DNA from: Desulfobulbus sp.
Lineage (GTDB): Bacteria; Desulfobacterota; Desulfobulbia; Desulfobulbales; Desulfobulbaceae
Direction of reading: 5' to 3'
Assembly: GCA_009780825.1 (NCBI GenBank)
Contig: WQZH01000007.1
Coordinates: 52,696-116,695 of the forward strand
Length of the DNA stretch: 64,000 nt
Positions 20,309-31,400 of this stretch are shown here, piece by piece (the stretch's first letter is position 1; every line of letters starts with the position of its first letter). Under the pieces are notes generated by a model, which was not told where the DNA came from, did no database searches, and saw only the letters and a program-made list of their open reading frames with translations. A program made the translations under genes and the position numbers.

Positions 20309-21460
20309 TCAGTAAGCGGCCTCGTCGGTAGTATCCTCGATCCTGGTCTTTCCCCGGTCCATCGCCCACCAGACATACGCGATGTAGGCGAGGACAAAGG
20401 GAATGGCCAAGGCCACATAGGTCATCACCTGCAAGGTATAGAGGCTTGACGACGCGTTATAGATGGTCAGGCTCGATTGCAGGTCGGTCTTGGAGGGATA
20501 AAAGGCGGTATTGTTGTAGGCCGGCAGCAACAGAACTGTCAGGCCGATCAACACCGTGCCGATACCACCGAACCAGATGCCACATGTCGCCTTGGTTCTG
20601 GCGGTTTTCCACACTCCGAAAATCAACAGCCCCAGCCCGACGAGCAAGAGCCCCAGCAACCAGGGGTTGGCCAGCAGATTGAGCAGAAACTTGAAGCTGA
20701 CAATCTCAATCGTTCCCTTGGCGTCGACAATGCCGTAGCCGCGCATGAACAACAGCGACCCGACAATCAGCAGGCAGAACGGCAGGGAAAGCAACAGGTT
20801 CTGCCAGCAGGCGGACCGCAGACGGGTCTCCATCTCCGGCACCTCGCCCAGTTCCAGGTTGTTGACCAGGTACATGGCGCCCAAGGTGCGGGCGTTGAAC
20901 ACTAAAAACACACCGAGGACGATGTTGAAGATCGATGACAGCGAAGGACTCAAAGCCGCTTCCAGGCCACGAAGAGGGTGAGTCCAGGTGACGAAGTTGC
21001 TGTCGCTGATCTGAAAATTGGAGCCGGTGTAAAAGGTGCCGACCGCAGCGCCGATCAACAGGATACCGACCACTCCGTTCAGAAACAGAAAACCCTCGTA
21101 GACCAGACTACCGAGGATATTCCACGGCTTTCTGCGAAATTCATAGCTGACCGCCTGGACGACGAAAGTAAACAGGATCGCGATCCACACCCAATAGGCG
21201 CCGCCGAAGGAGGTGGAATAGAACTTGGGGAACGAGGCGAACAGGGCGCCGCCAAACAGCACCAGGGTGGTGAAGGTCAACTCCCACTTGCGGCCCAGGG
21301 AATTGACGACCATATCTTTTTCGGTCTGGTTCTTGGCCACCTGCCACAGCAGACTCTGGCCGCCCTGCACAAAGGTCATAGCCAGGAACAGGGCACCGAC
21401 GACCGAGCAAAGCAGCCACCAGAGATGCTGCAGAGTTGCGTAATCGAGACGTTCTAGCAT
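20309..21460 (-). CDS. cydB: Cytochrome bd ubiquinol oxidase subunit II
   Basis: SLGRKWE..FTTLVLFGGALFASFP..Y and SSLTIYNASSS.YTL..M; follows cydA. Confidence 0.93.
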   Translation of the reverse strand: MLERLDYATLQHLWWLLCSVVGALFLAMTFVQGGQSLLWQVAKNQTEKDMVVNSLGRKWELTFTTLVLFGGALFASFPKFYSTSFGGAYWVWIAILFTFVVQAVSYEFRRKPWNILGSLVYEGFLFLNGVVGILLIGAAVGTFYTGSNFQISDSNFVTWTHPLRGLEAALSPSLSSIFNIVLGVFLVFNARTLGAMYLVNNLELGEVPEMETRLRSACWQNLLLSLPFCLLIVGSLLFMRGYGIVDAKGTIEIVSFKFLLNLLANPWLLGLLLVGLGLLIFGVWKTARTKATCGIWFGGIGTVLIGLTVLLLPAYNNTAFYPSKTDLQSSLTIYNASSSLYTLQVMTYVALAIPFVLAYIAYVWWAMDRGKTRIEDTTDEAAY

Positions 21461-21461
21461 G

Positions 21462-23000
21462 TCAGTTTTCCTCCGGTCCGATATTGATCTGTTTGACCAT
21501 GATGCTGATCTCGGCGATCAGCAGCAGGGTGAAGAGGACAAGGAACATAAAAAAGGTGGTCTGCACCGCGCCCGCGGTCAGATTGGTCCGGGCGATGGTC
21601 ACCGGCAGCAGCCCCTGGATGGCCCAAGGCTGTCGTCCCACTTCAGCCACGATCCATCCTGCCTGGGAAGCGATCATGGCCAGGACGTAGGTGATGGTGC
21701 CCAGCCCCAACAGCCATTTCTTGCGCTCTAGGGTCTTCCTGGCAGAGAAGTAGAGGTAGGCGATGAAAATCAGGAAGAACAGTATGCCCAGAACAATCAT
21801 GACACGAAACGCGATAAAGGACAGGGTCACAGGCGGCACCGTCTCTTCGGGTTTATCCAAATAGCCGTACCCGAGGAACTCCTTGTTCTCGTTGAATGCG
21901 GCGAGATGTTTTTCGGTGCCGGCCTTGTCATCGGCCTTTTTGGCCTGTCTGTAGGCATCGAGATCCGCCACCGCCTTTTTGCCGCGCTCCATCTTCTGGG
22001 CTGCCCCCACAATATTATGCTCGATGTTGCCGTAGACCAGATCGTGCATGCCCGGCACAAAGGTGCCGAAGGCCCGGTTGGCCATCAACGACAGCAGTCC
22101 GGGTATCTGGATCTTGGGACCGTGGAAGGCCGGCTGAGTGTCGTAGACCTTCTTCTCCGGATTGACGATGCCAAAGGCCACCAGTCCGGCATTGGTCTGA
22201 CCTTCATAGAGTCCTTCGAGGGCGGCCAGTTTCATCGGCTGCACCTGAGCGACCTGATAGCTCGACTCGTCACCGTTGTAAAAGGTAAAAATGGATGCCA
22301 CCAAACCCAAGGTCGCGGCAACGACGATCGAACGCTTGGCCAGGAGCACATGACGGCCGCGCAGCAGGTACCAGGAGGCGATCGAGATGATGAACAACGC
22401 GCTCACCATCATGGATGAACTGGTGGTATGGATGAATTTGTTGACCGCGAAGGGTGAAAGCGCGACGTCAAAGAAATTCTGCATCTCGAACCGGGCGGTG
22501 TCGGGATTGAAAGCCTGCCCCACCGGATACTGCATCCAGGCATTGGCTACCAGGATCCACACCGCCGACAGGTTGGAGCCCACCGCCACCATCCAGGTGG
22601 CGAACAGGTGAAACCCCTTGGAAACCCGATTCCAGCCAAAGAACATCACCGCGAAGAAGGTGGCCTCGATGAAAAAGGCGACAATCCCCTCAACCGCCAG
22701 CGGCGCGCCGAAGATGTCGCCGACCATCCAGGAATAGTTCGACCAGTTGGTGCCGAATTCGAACTCCATGATGATGCCCGTGGCCACACCGACCGCGAAA
22801 TTGATGCCAAAGAGCCGTATCCAGAACTTGGTCAGCCGTTTCCACTCTTCACTGCCGGTGCGCACATAAATGGTGTGGAAAAAGGCAATAATCCAGCTCA
22901 AGCCCAGGGTGAGCGGCACAAAAATCCAGTGATACATGGCGGTCAGGGCAAATTGCGCCCTGGCCCAGTTGACCATGCTAAGATCCAAGTTTTCAATCAT
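21462..23000 (-). CDS. cydA: Cytochrome bd ubiquinol oxidase subunit I
   Basis: QFALTAMYHWIFVPLT, TGIIMEFEFGTNW, QPMKLAALEG (Q-loop), EVGRQPW. Confidence 0.97.
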   Translation of the reverse strand: MIENLDLSMVNWARAQFALTAMYHWIFVPLTLGLSWIIAFFHTIYVRTGSEEWKRLTKFWIRLFGINFAVGVATGIIMEFEFGTNWSNYSWMVGDIFGAPLAVEGIVAFFIEATFFAVMFFGWNRVSKGFHLFATWMVAVGSNLSAVWILVANAWMQYPVGQAFNPDTARFEMQNFFDVALSPFAVNKFIHTTSSSMMVSALFIISIASWYLLRGRHVLLAKRSIVVAATLGLVASIFTFYNGDESSYQVAQVQPMKLAALEGLYEGQTNAGLVAFGIVNPEKKVYDTQPAFHGPKIQIPGLLSLMANRAFGTFVPGMHDLVYGNIEHNIVGAAQKMERGKKAVADLDAYRQAKKADDKAGTEKHLAAFNENKEFLGYGYLDKPEETVPPVTLSFIAFRVMIVLGILFFLIFIAYLYFSARKTLERKKWLLGLGTITYVLAMIASQAGWIVAEVGRQPWAIQGLLPVTIARTNLTAGAVQTTFFMFLVLFTLLLIAEISIMVKQINIGPEEN

Positions 23001-23269
23001 GGTGATTCTCCTTTAACGGGTTGAACAGAACCTGGGGCGGACTGTGTCAGTTGCTCAATCACATAATTGGCCCGTTGCGCATCGGTGGCGAACTGAGTGG
23101 CCAGAAAATTAGGAAAGAAGAAAGGCTTCAGCACCGCAAACATAATAAATAGCTTAATAAGAATTATCTTCCACAAAGTACGGCCCACGGTCATTTGGCG
23201 GAAACCGTCGCGATACAAACGGTAGATCTGGGTCGCCAGCCATGGGCGGGAAAGACTCTGGTCACTCAT
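22997..23269 (-). CDS. DUF4492-like small membrane protein
   Basis: IYRLYRDGFRQMTVGRTLWKIILIKLFIMFAVLKPFFFPNFL, a family usually found before cydA. ATGA overlaps at both ends. Confidence 0.8.
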   Translation of the reverse strand: MSDQSLSRPWLATQIYRLYRDGFRQMTVGRTLWKIILIKLFIMFAVLKPFFFPNFLATQFATDAQRANYVIEQLTQSAPGSVQPVKGESP

Positions 23270-23745
23270 TGCCCTTCGCTGCAGTTGGAGGTGGTCATTT
23301 CGGGGGCTTCCGGCGCTGGCGGAACCACAGAGGGGGACAGGCAGGATGTTCCTGTCAACTGTTCGAAGTTGACTTGGCGCAGAGAGGCGCGCAGTTGATC
23401 GCGGGCCTGCAGCCAAACCTGATGCACGGCACAGTTAGAGCTGTCCTTGCATCCCAACGGCCGGACAACGCAGTCGTTGAGGTAAATCTCGCCGATCATG
23501 GTTTCCACCACCTCAAGCAGGTTGATGGCAGCCGGGTGCCTGTTAAGGACAAATCCGCCACGTACGCCCTGGCGGATCTCAATCACCCCCGCCTTGGCGA
23601 GATCCTGGGCTATCTTGGCCAAAAAATGGGGCGGGATGTCCGCTTGCCTGGCGATTTCCTGCCGGCTGACCAGAGCCCCTCTGGCCTGCTGCGACAGGTA
23701 GAGCACACAACGAATGGCATATTCAGCAGCACGAGTCAAACGCAT
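23266..23745 (-). CDS. Rrf2-family transcriptional regulator with three Cys (Fe-S type)
   Basis: MRLTRAAEYAIR, IPPHFLAKI, RQGVRGGF, NDCVVRPLGC...NCAVH. Confidence 0.92.
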   Translation of the reverse strand: MRLTRAAEYAIRCVLYLSQQARGALVSRQEIARQADIPPHFLAKIAQDLAKAGVIEIRQGVRGGFVLNRHPAAINLLEVVETMIGEIYLNDCVVRPLGCKDSSNCAVHQVWLQARDQLRASLRQVNFEQLTGTSCLSPSVVPPAPEAPEMTTSNCSEGQ

Positions 23746-23760
23746 GATCCGATCCAAAGA

Positions 23761-23814
23761 AAGACAAAGAGGACTTATTTTGTCTTAAATATACAATTCT
23801 CACGACGATGTCAA
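23761..23814 (-). promoter_or_regulatory. Sigma70-like promoter with an adjacent inverted-repeat operator for the rrf2-cyd operon
   Basis: TTGACA (23814-23809) and TATATT (23793-23788, 15-nt spacer; TATTTA gives 17). Inverted repeat AAGACAAA-N10-TTTGTCTT at 23761-23786. Confidence 0.6.
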
Positions 23815-23907
23815 CAATAACTCTCGAAATTCGGTGGGAACCAAGGCATCTTCCACGCCGGTTCCCCCAAAGGCCGGCACCTACTCCTGCCGATGGTGCC
23901 GGGAAGG

Positions 23908-23936
23908 TTGACATCCCCCGCAGGCTCGAATAAAAA
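23908..23936 (+). promoter_or_regulatory. Sigma70-like promoter of the methyltransferase gene
   Basis: TTGACA-N17-TAAAAA. Confidence 0.5.
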
Positions 23937-23942
23937 AACGGC

Positions 23943-24794
23943 ATGCATGTCGACTGTCCAAGCATAACTGCCCGGCGCGTGGCTGTCCGCCGCGCGACCC
24001 ATCAGGTGCTCGATGATCCCAAGATCTTCGACGATCCGCTGGCCCTGCGCATCCTGGGCCTGGATCTCGGCTCAAGCCGTGACCGGAATTGGCTGGAAGA
24101 CACCCCGCTTGCCCGGGTGCTCCGGGGCTCCATGGCCGCGCGCAGCCGCCACGCCGAAAACATGCTCAAGGAGGCGCGGCAGCGGGGGGTTGACCAATAT
24201 GTCGTCCTCGGGGCTGGTCTCGACACGTTTGCCTGCCGCCATGCCGCGGTTGACAACGGCGGTCTGCGCATTTTCGAGGTCGATCACCCGGACACCCAGG
24301 CATGGAAACGGCAGAGCCTGCGCCTGGCCGGCATCGCGGTTCCGAATCACTGTACCTTTGTGCCGATGGATTTCGAGCATCAGACTCTGGCGGAAGGGTT
24401 GCGGCAATCCGGATTCGACCTCAGCCGTCCCGCCTTTTTTTCCTGGCTGGGAGTCGTCATGTACCTGACAGCCGATGCGATCGACGCCACTCTGCTCACT
24501 GTCGCCGCGCTGCCAACCGGCAGCGGCATTGTCTTTGACTACATGGTTGTGCCGGAACTGTTGTCTCCCGCGGCCCGCGCCGTCTTTGACAGATTGGCAA
24601 GCCAAGTCGCCACGGCCGGTGAGCCATTTCAAACCTTTTTCACTCCCCCCCTTCTCGCCAGTCATCTGCGGGAACTGGGCTTTGGACGTATCGACGACAT
24701 GTCTCCCACGGCACTGGATGCCCGCTATTTCCAAAACCGGGCCGACAATCTGCGCGCCGGCAAACTCGCCCACCTCATAACGGCCTGGGTCTAG
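23943..24794 (+). CDS. Class I SAM-dependent methyltransferase (LCM/YktD-like)
   Basis: TARRVAVRRA, QYVVLGAGLDTF, IFEVDHPDTQAWK, FSWLGVVMYL. Confidence 0.9.
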   Translation: MHVDCPSITARRVAVRRATHQVLDDPKIFDDPLALRILGLDLGSSRDRNWLEDTPLARVLRGSMAARSRHAENMLKEARQRGVDQYVVLGAGLDTFACRHAAVDNGGLRIFEVDHPDTQAWKRQSLRLAGIAVPNHCTFVPMDFEHQTLAEGLRQSGFDLSRPAFFSWLGVVMYLTADAIDATLLTVAALPTGSGIVFDYMVVPELLSPAARAVFDRLASQVATAGEPFQTFFTPPLLASHLRELGFGRIDDMSPTALDARYFQNRADNLRAGKLAHLITAWV

Positions 24795-24830
24795 ACCGCC
24801 GTTCGCCCCGCATCGAGGAACAACAGCACC

Positions 24831-25343
24831 ATGCTCATCAACCGTACCGACCTGCAACCGATCGTCAATCTGGAAGGACAAACCTGCTTCGGTTGCGGCG
24901 CCGACAATCCCGCAGGGCTGCACATGGCCTTCCACACCGACGGGCAACGGCTCTACTCCTTTGTCTCCGTGCCCCCAAGCATGGTCGGCTGGGACCGGAT
25001 AGCGCACGGCGGCATTCTCTCGACGATTCTCGACGAAATCATGGGCTGGTCGGTGATCTACCTGCTGGGCAAGATCGGGGTGACCAAATCAATGACCGTG
25101 GAATTCAAAAAACCGGTCCAGGTGGAACAGCCCCTGACCGCGATCGGCGCCATCGGCGAGGCGGTTTCCGATCGGCAGATCGTGGTGGCCGGAGAAATAT
25201 ACAACGCCGAGAACACTCTCTGCGCCAGGGCCACGGGCACGTTTGCCGTCATGCCTGCGCATACGGCTATCCGGCTCGGGGTCATGAGCGCCGATTACAT
25301 GGAGCGGTTCCTGCCGATTCTGCGGCAACGCGAAGGCGCCTGA
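24831..25343 (+). CDS. PaaI-family thioesterase
   Basis: CFGCGADNPAGL, AHGGILSTILDEIMG. Confidence 0.9.
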   Translation: MLINRTDLQPIVNLEGQTCFGCGADNPAGLHMAFHTDGQRLYSFVSVPPSMVGWDRIAHGGILSTILDEIMGWSVIYLLGKIGVTKSMTVEFKKPVQVEQPLTAIGAIGEAVSDRQIVVAGEIYNAENTLCARATGTFAVMPAHTAIRLGVMSADYMERFLPILRQREGA

Positions 25344-25732
25344 GCACTGTCTCATTCCTGGTCATACGATTGTTCCTCGCTGCGTGGCCATATCCGGACC
25401 GGCAAATGCCGTTTAAGCAGGGTTGCAATGGCATTGACCGCCCGCCACCCGCCGTGACCCATATCCGTATCCTTAAAAAACCTCCAACATCCCCATTGGC
25501 AGCCGTTTCGAGTACGTCAGAAGGCGAAAAGCGAAGAGATGCGCATGCCCTCGCGGCGTGACCCGGCCAGCGACAAAGTCGCTGATATTTCCCTGGCAAA
25601 ATCCCGGTGTTGTTCGTAGTATGTCCCGCAACCGGATCGCTCTGGTTTTGCGGTTGTAGCCGGATCTCGGCACCGAGTCGCCTCCGGGCCACGGCGGCTT
25701 TGGCCGCAAACTGGCACGGTCCGGGCAACGGT

Positions 25733-26197
25733 TCACCGCAAGCCGGTTTGCCCGAGAAGATCCCGGTACACAGCATCGCCCACGGCCAGCACCTCTGCGC
25801 CGTAGCGGGCAAAACCGCACAATTTTTCCCGTTGCGGTGGAAAGGCCGCCAGGGGAAGATGCCCTTGGGCGCACAGGGCGAGCATGAGCATCAGGGTGTT
25901 GTAATATTTGAGATCAAGCCGATGGGCGCACCGAAGCACCTGCCTGTCCTCGGACAGGACCGGCTGGTTGAGGAGCTGCGCCGTCTGGCAGATCAATTCG
26001 TCGGTGCGTCCGCTTCCGGGCACAGGCACCAGGATGGCCCCTTCCGGCTGGCTGCCGTATTCGGCAATCACCGAGGGAATGAGCAGCAGGTCAAAAACCC
26101 GGAGCGCAAGTGGCAGCAATGCCAGCCGTTCAAGATAAATCAAAGTCGAGGTGTCGGCTACCCCGACCTGAAACGCGTGCAAGTGCTGTATGATCAT
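25733..26197 (-). CDS. PIN-domain-like protein
   Basis: VADTSTLIYL, VIAE, TDE, VLSED: the spaced acidic residues of PIN-like (DUF3368-type) folds. Confidence 0.55.
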   Translation of the reverse strand: MIIQHLHAFQVGVADTSTLIYLERLALLPLALRVFDLLLIPSVIAEYGSQPEGAILVPVPGSGRTDELICQTAQLLNQPVLSEDRQVLRCAHRLDLKYYNTLMLMLALCAQGHLPLAAFPPQREKLCGFARYGAEVLAVGDAVYRDLLGQTGLR

Positions 26198-26367
26198 GGC
26201 CCGTGGCCTTTCTCCCCCATACAAACCGACAGCCTTGGATTGCCCGGCACCCCCGTCCCGCCAGGCAGCGAGGCACGGCAGGCGCCCTGTCGGCAGACAC
26301 CCCGCCGAGGATGGCCTCCGGGCGACGGTATCCCGCTATGCCCAACTCCCACACCATGAGGAACTTT

Positions 26368-27198
26368 ATGGACATGCGCTTCACCGTTAACCAGGAACTG
26401 TGTAGTCAGTGCGGGGCCTGTATCGACGACTGCCCCTTTCATATCATCGAAATGGCCCCGGATTTCCCGGCGCTCAACCCCACCCGGGCGCACCACTGTA
26501 TCGGTTGCCAGCACTGCCTGGCTGTCTGCCCGACCGGCGCCTTGTCGATCCTGGGCCGCAGACCGGAAGATTCCCTGCCCCTGCCGCAGAGCCTGCCCAG
26601 CAGCGCCCAGATGACGGCGCTCATCAAAGGGCGGCGCTCGATACGCCGGTTCCTGCCGGAGCCGCTGCCAGCCGAGGTGATCGACACCATGATCGCCACC
26701 GTGGCCAACGGCCCCACCGGCAAAAACAACCGGCAGTGCCTGTTCACGGTCATCGAGCACCCAGCCTCCATGGAGGTGTTCCGCCGCGAAACCATCGAAG
26801 GGCTGCGCCGAGCGGTGGCGGAAAAACGCCTCCACGAGGAGTTGAGTTATTTCCGCCATGTGGTCTCGGCCTGGGACAAGGGGCAGGACATCATCTTTCG
26901 CAATGCCCCCCACCTGCTCATGGTCTCGGTGCCGCCCGCAATCACCACTCCCGACGCCGACAGCATCATCGCCATGAGCTACTTTGAACTGCTGGCTGTC
27001 TCCATGGGCATCGGCACCCTGTGGAACGCCATGATCCGCTGGGCTCTTGCCACCATCGATGTCAACCTGTACCAGCGGCTGGGTATTCCCGATGACCATG
27101 TCAGGGGATACGCCCTCCTCTTCGGCTGGCCGGCGGTGCAATACCACCGGAGTGTCCAGCGCGACGAAGCCCTGATCAACCGGGTTCGGCTGGCGTGA
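26368..27198 (+). CDS. Nitroreductase with N-terminal 2x[4Fe-4S] ferredoxin domain
   Basis: CSQCGACIDDCP, CIGCQHCLAVCP, RRSIRRF, PTGKN, IFRNAPH. Confidence 0.92.
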   Translation: MDMRFTVNQELCSQCGACIDDCPFHIIEMAPDFPALNPTRAHHCIGCQHCLAVCPTGALSILGRRPEDSLPLPQSLPSSAQMTALIKGRRSIRRFLPEPLPAEVIDTMIATVANGPTGKNNRQCLFTVIEHPASMEVFRRETIEGLRRAVAEKRLHEELSYFRHVVSAWDKGQDIIFRNAPHLLMVSVPPAITTPDADSIIAMSYFELLAVSMGIGTLWNAMIRWALATIDVNLYQRLGIPDDHVRGYALLFGWPAVQYHRSVQRDEALINRVRLA

Positions 27199-27236
27199 GC
27201 ATCCTGTCCTGTTTTACCGCCGCGACGGACAACCGT

Positions 27237-28343
27237 ATGCCGTCCCAGCCCCCTCTCATCGTCCATACCGAATCAAGCCGGGCCTGGGGTGGACAGGAAA
27301 TACGCACCCTGACCGAACTCAGAGAGATGCGCCGTCGTGGCTTCCGCGTCGGCTTGATCGTCCCGTCCGACTCTGAACTGGCGCGGCGGGCGGCCGCCGA
27401 AGGTTTGCCTGTCCATGGCCTTGCCTTGATCTCCAAGCTCTCCCTCCGGTCGTGGCTCGCACTGTTTCGCCTCCTCAGGGCACTCAGACCGACGGTCGTC
27501 AACACCCACTCCTCCGAAGATTCCTGGATGGCTGGAACTCTTGCCCGGCTCTGCCGCGTGCCGCTGGTCATCCGCACCCGTCATGTCCTGACTCCGATTT
27601 CGTCGACCCTGAACTACACCCTTCTTCCCCATGTCATTTTCACCTGCAGCGAGGCCATTGCCGAACAACTGACGGCCTGCGGCGTCCCGGCGACCAAGAT
27701 GGTGGTTCTTTCGACCGGCAACGACGAAACGCGTTTTCTGTTCTCGCCGGCAGACCGGCAAGCTGTCCGGCAACGCTACCACATCGACGAGCAGGAGATC
27801 CTGGTGGGGAATGTCGGCTGTCTCCGGCATTACAAGGGTCACCCGTTCATCCTCAAAACAGCGGCAACGATGCCGGCCCGCTACCGGTTCATGATCGTGG
27901 GAGGTGGGGAAGCCCTGACCGGACTACGAGCCCTGGCCCGGAACCTGGGGGTGGAAGAGCGGGTGATCTTTGCCGGGCACCAGGAAAACCCGGAACATTT
28001 TTTCAGCGCCTTTGACCTCTGTTTCTTCTCCTCGTATGCGACCGAAGGTGTTTCCCAGTCTCTCATCCAGAGCCTGCTCAACGGGTTGCCCGTGCTGGCC
28101 TGCCGAATACCATCGACCATGGAGCCGCTGAGCCTGGTTGATGACTATCGTCTCGTCGATTACGACGATGTCCAGGCAGCCTGCCGGGGATTGGCGGAAT
28201 TGACCGACCTGCCACGGCGGGAACCAGAGCGGATGGCACGGCAGCATCAGCGTGTCGCCGATCGGTACGGTCTTGAGAACATGGTGCGGATCCTGCTGGC
28301 CACCTATGCCCGCTCCGGCATCTATCCTCCGTCTCCGGAATAA
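27237..28343 (+). CDS. GT4 glycosyltransferase
   Basis: HTESSRAWGGQEIR, VNTHSSEDSW, LRHYKGH, EGVSQSLIQSL. Confidence 0.9.
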   Translation: MPSQPPLIVHTESSRAWGGQEIRTLTELREMRRRGFRVGLIVPSDSELARRAAAEGLPVHGLALISKLSLRSWLALFRLLRALRPTVVNTHSSEDSWMAGTLARLCRVPLVIRTRHVLTPISSTLNYTLLPHVIFTCSEAIAEQLTACGVPATKMVVLSTGNDETRFLFSPADRQAVRQRYHIDEQEILVGNVGCLRHYKGHPFILKTAATMPARYRFMIVGGGEALTGLRALARNLGVEERVIFAGHQENPEHFFSAFDLCFFSSYATEGVSQSLIQSLLNGLPVLACRIPSTMEPLSLVDDYRLVDYDDVQAACRGLAELTDLPRREPERMARQHQRVADRYGLENMVRILLATYARSGIYPPSPE

Positions 28344-28433
28344 GCCTTCCTTGCCGCCGCCTACTCACCCGGGCAACGATCGTTCCACCGCCCCTACACC
28401 TGCTCAAGTCGGCATACGCCAAGATACCGGCGA

Positions 28434-31400
28434 TCAGGCAGTGGCCAGCAGGCCATACTTTCTCCGGTACTGCTCCCGGAACCGGCCCATTGCCACCATA
28501 TCGCGCAGATAGGCATCGGAGCGGTCGAGATAGAAGGCAAGGGCCTTGGCAAAATTCCGTCCCACCATGCCATCGACGAACATCTGACTAATTTCGCGAT
28601 GCCGCTTGAGCACAAGCTGGGAACGGTAAAAGATCAACCATTCCTCGGCGGACATCGTCACCACGATCTGCTGCAGGGCCTTGCGCGCCCTGGGCTTGTA
28701 CATCCAGATGTACATCAGATCCAGCGCGTTGACGATGAACACCTTGTCCAGATCGTGCGCCTCTTGGTGAATGGCGGCGATCAGGGCCTTCGGCGACTGG
28801 AGCAGGTCAAGCACATCCTCTTCCGGAAACAACACGTCCAGACGGGCATAGGTCGAGAACATCTGACTGAGCTTGTCCCGGTAGTCGGCCAGCCGAACGT
28901 TGACATTGGTTTGCCGGTCGGCCAATCCTTCAATCACCGCGGCCACGCAGTCCGAAGCGAGTTTGGAGATCACCGCGGCCCATTTCTGCAACCCCTCCTC
29001 GACCTGCGGCACCATGGCCCAATTCAACGCTAAGCCCAAGATGTCATTGAAGAAAATGGCCAGGGGGATGGATACGATCGACCGGAAAAAATTACCGATG
29101 ATCGCACTGGGAGGCAGGCCGCGCAGGATATTGTGGGTGGAAATGTAGATCCCATTGGCCAGGGCTATCACCGAATAGAGCAGCAGGGGGCTGGTGGAAG
29201 TGGTGACCCCCAGCAGCCGTTGCAACAACAGGGTCTTGACCAGATAATCGAGTAACGGCACCGAAAAGCCGGTATAAAGGAGGGAGTCGGAGATCCGGCT
29301 CCAGCTCAACAGGGAGTTCAACGACAACAGGGGTGAGCGCTTGAGCCCACCGCCGCCGAGGATCGACTGGATAATGTTGCGGACGCCGGTGATGCCGAAC
29401 CAGATAAAGGCCCCGAAGTACGCCAGCACCCACCAGTCCTTGGTCAGGGCAAAGGTCAGAAAGGCCGGCACAAACCCGATCGCGATTTTGAGGATGTTGC
29501 ACAGGTGCGACTGGAGGTAACGTAGCGAGAGCCTCTTGCTCCTGCCGCTCTTCCGCCCAAGGTGAATATCGAGTGCGGGTATGTTGCGGATGCCGCCCAA
29601 GGTGGCGATGTTGCCGTCGACGCCAGGATGGACCTCGAATCGGTCCAGGCTCCAATCGCTCCACCTCTGCGGGACAACGCCGTGTCCCCGGCCCTGGATT
29701 CCCTGTCCCAACTTGCGGTACCAGGGCAGGGAGGCCGGTGCTTCCCCTAGCCGATGGTGGTGATGAATCATCCGGGCGCTAACCGGGATGAGCCTGCGCC
29801 ACCCGCCCCTGTGCTCATGCATAACTTGGCGCAAAGCCCGTTTCGGCAGGGTCTCCACCACCACCAGCCCCATGCCGTGCTGGAGCTGCGACTGCCCGGT
29901 CGATCCCGTTCCAATGCGAGAACCGAGGTAGCGTTTGTTGTAATGGTTGTGAAACGACTCGATATTAATCAGGATATCGAGCAGGTTGTCCCGGCGCTGG
30001 TTCATCTCCGCCAATTCGGCCTGCGATGCGGCCAGGGTTCCCGGTGACAACAACTGCGCATTCTCTTCTCCGCACCGTTTTTCAACAGCCAGACGAAGCC
30101 GCTCAAAATCCCATATAATGGCTCTGATCGCCCGTTTCAGGGCGATGACGTTATCCTCATTCAGGGCTTTTTGCAGAAAGTTGACCAGTTGGTAGTTCTG
30201 GCCCAAGCTGTTGGTCTCCGCCATCTCGTCGGCAGCGCCGCTTCCCTTGCCAGAAGCCAGCACAGCCATGCCATGACCTGCATCCTTGAGGTTGAAGGCC
30301 TCGATATGAGTGATCCGCCCCTGGCAGATGTACAACAGCTCAAGGGTATCATGAATCGACAGATTGCTCAGATTCAGAGTGAAGCGCGATCCCGAATGCA
30401 TGGAGACGAGCCGGCCCAGCAGTTCATGCGGCGCCAGGTGCATCAACGGCGGCTGGCCTTCGTCGTGGGGCACGGTGGGATCGTGCAGGCCAGGATTGCG
30501 GGCAGGCTGGAGATACTGATTGATGATCCTCCCGAAATCGAGCCAAGCCATCTTGCGCGCACAGGCCGCCAACAATTTTTCCCGGGCATTGCTGTCTTGA
30601 TGAGCGGTTTGGTGGATCCGCCGTACCTCGGCGTCGAGCAAGGCATGGTAATGGTTCTGGATGAATTTGGCGAGGTGCAGGAGTGACGGCTGACCGGTGC
30701 CGACAAAACGAAGGAATTGATCCCGGTCCAGCGGCAGGCTCTCCACTTCCAGTTCCTGGTCCAACAACGGTCGATGGATGTCGTTGAAAACAGCGATCAC
30801 GTCGAGGACGTACTGCTGTTGGTAACGGGAAACCTGCCGGCCCTGGTCAAGCATTTCTTTGACCGCCTCTTCCTGCAGAAAGTGCTGCAGGCTGCGACGG
30901 TCGAAAAAGCCCTCCAGCTCCCAGATGAAGCGGACGAACTTATTGCGGAAGCGCGAAGAAAATTCGATGCCGATGCGGACATGGATGTCAAGGATCGCCC
31001 CAGCCTCGAGCAACTCCTCCACCACTTCCTGTTCGACATGGTTATAGTATACCACGGTCAGCTTGCGGATTCCCTTGATCCAGGCATCCATCAGCAGATG
31101 GGTGGGCGATTTCCTCCCCTTGGTGTTGGCGTCGTGCACATGGTCATCGAAGGCGAACTGGTTCCATTCCTCGGGCATCTCCAGGAGGTGATACTTGGCC
31201 AGTTCCTTGCGCACCAAACGCGGTCTGCCGGTGTAGACCATGCGGAAATCGTGCGCCAGTTTCAGCTGCCGTCTTTCATCGCCCTCGTGCCGTACCAATT
31301 CCTTGATGATCTGCATCAGTACCCGGGCGGTGTTCTTGGAATAGAACGAGGTGGCGGAGCTGAAGACCTCATCGCGCAGACTGCGCAGGGCGATGATCCG

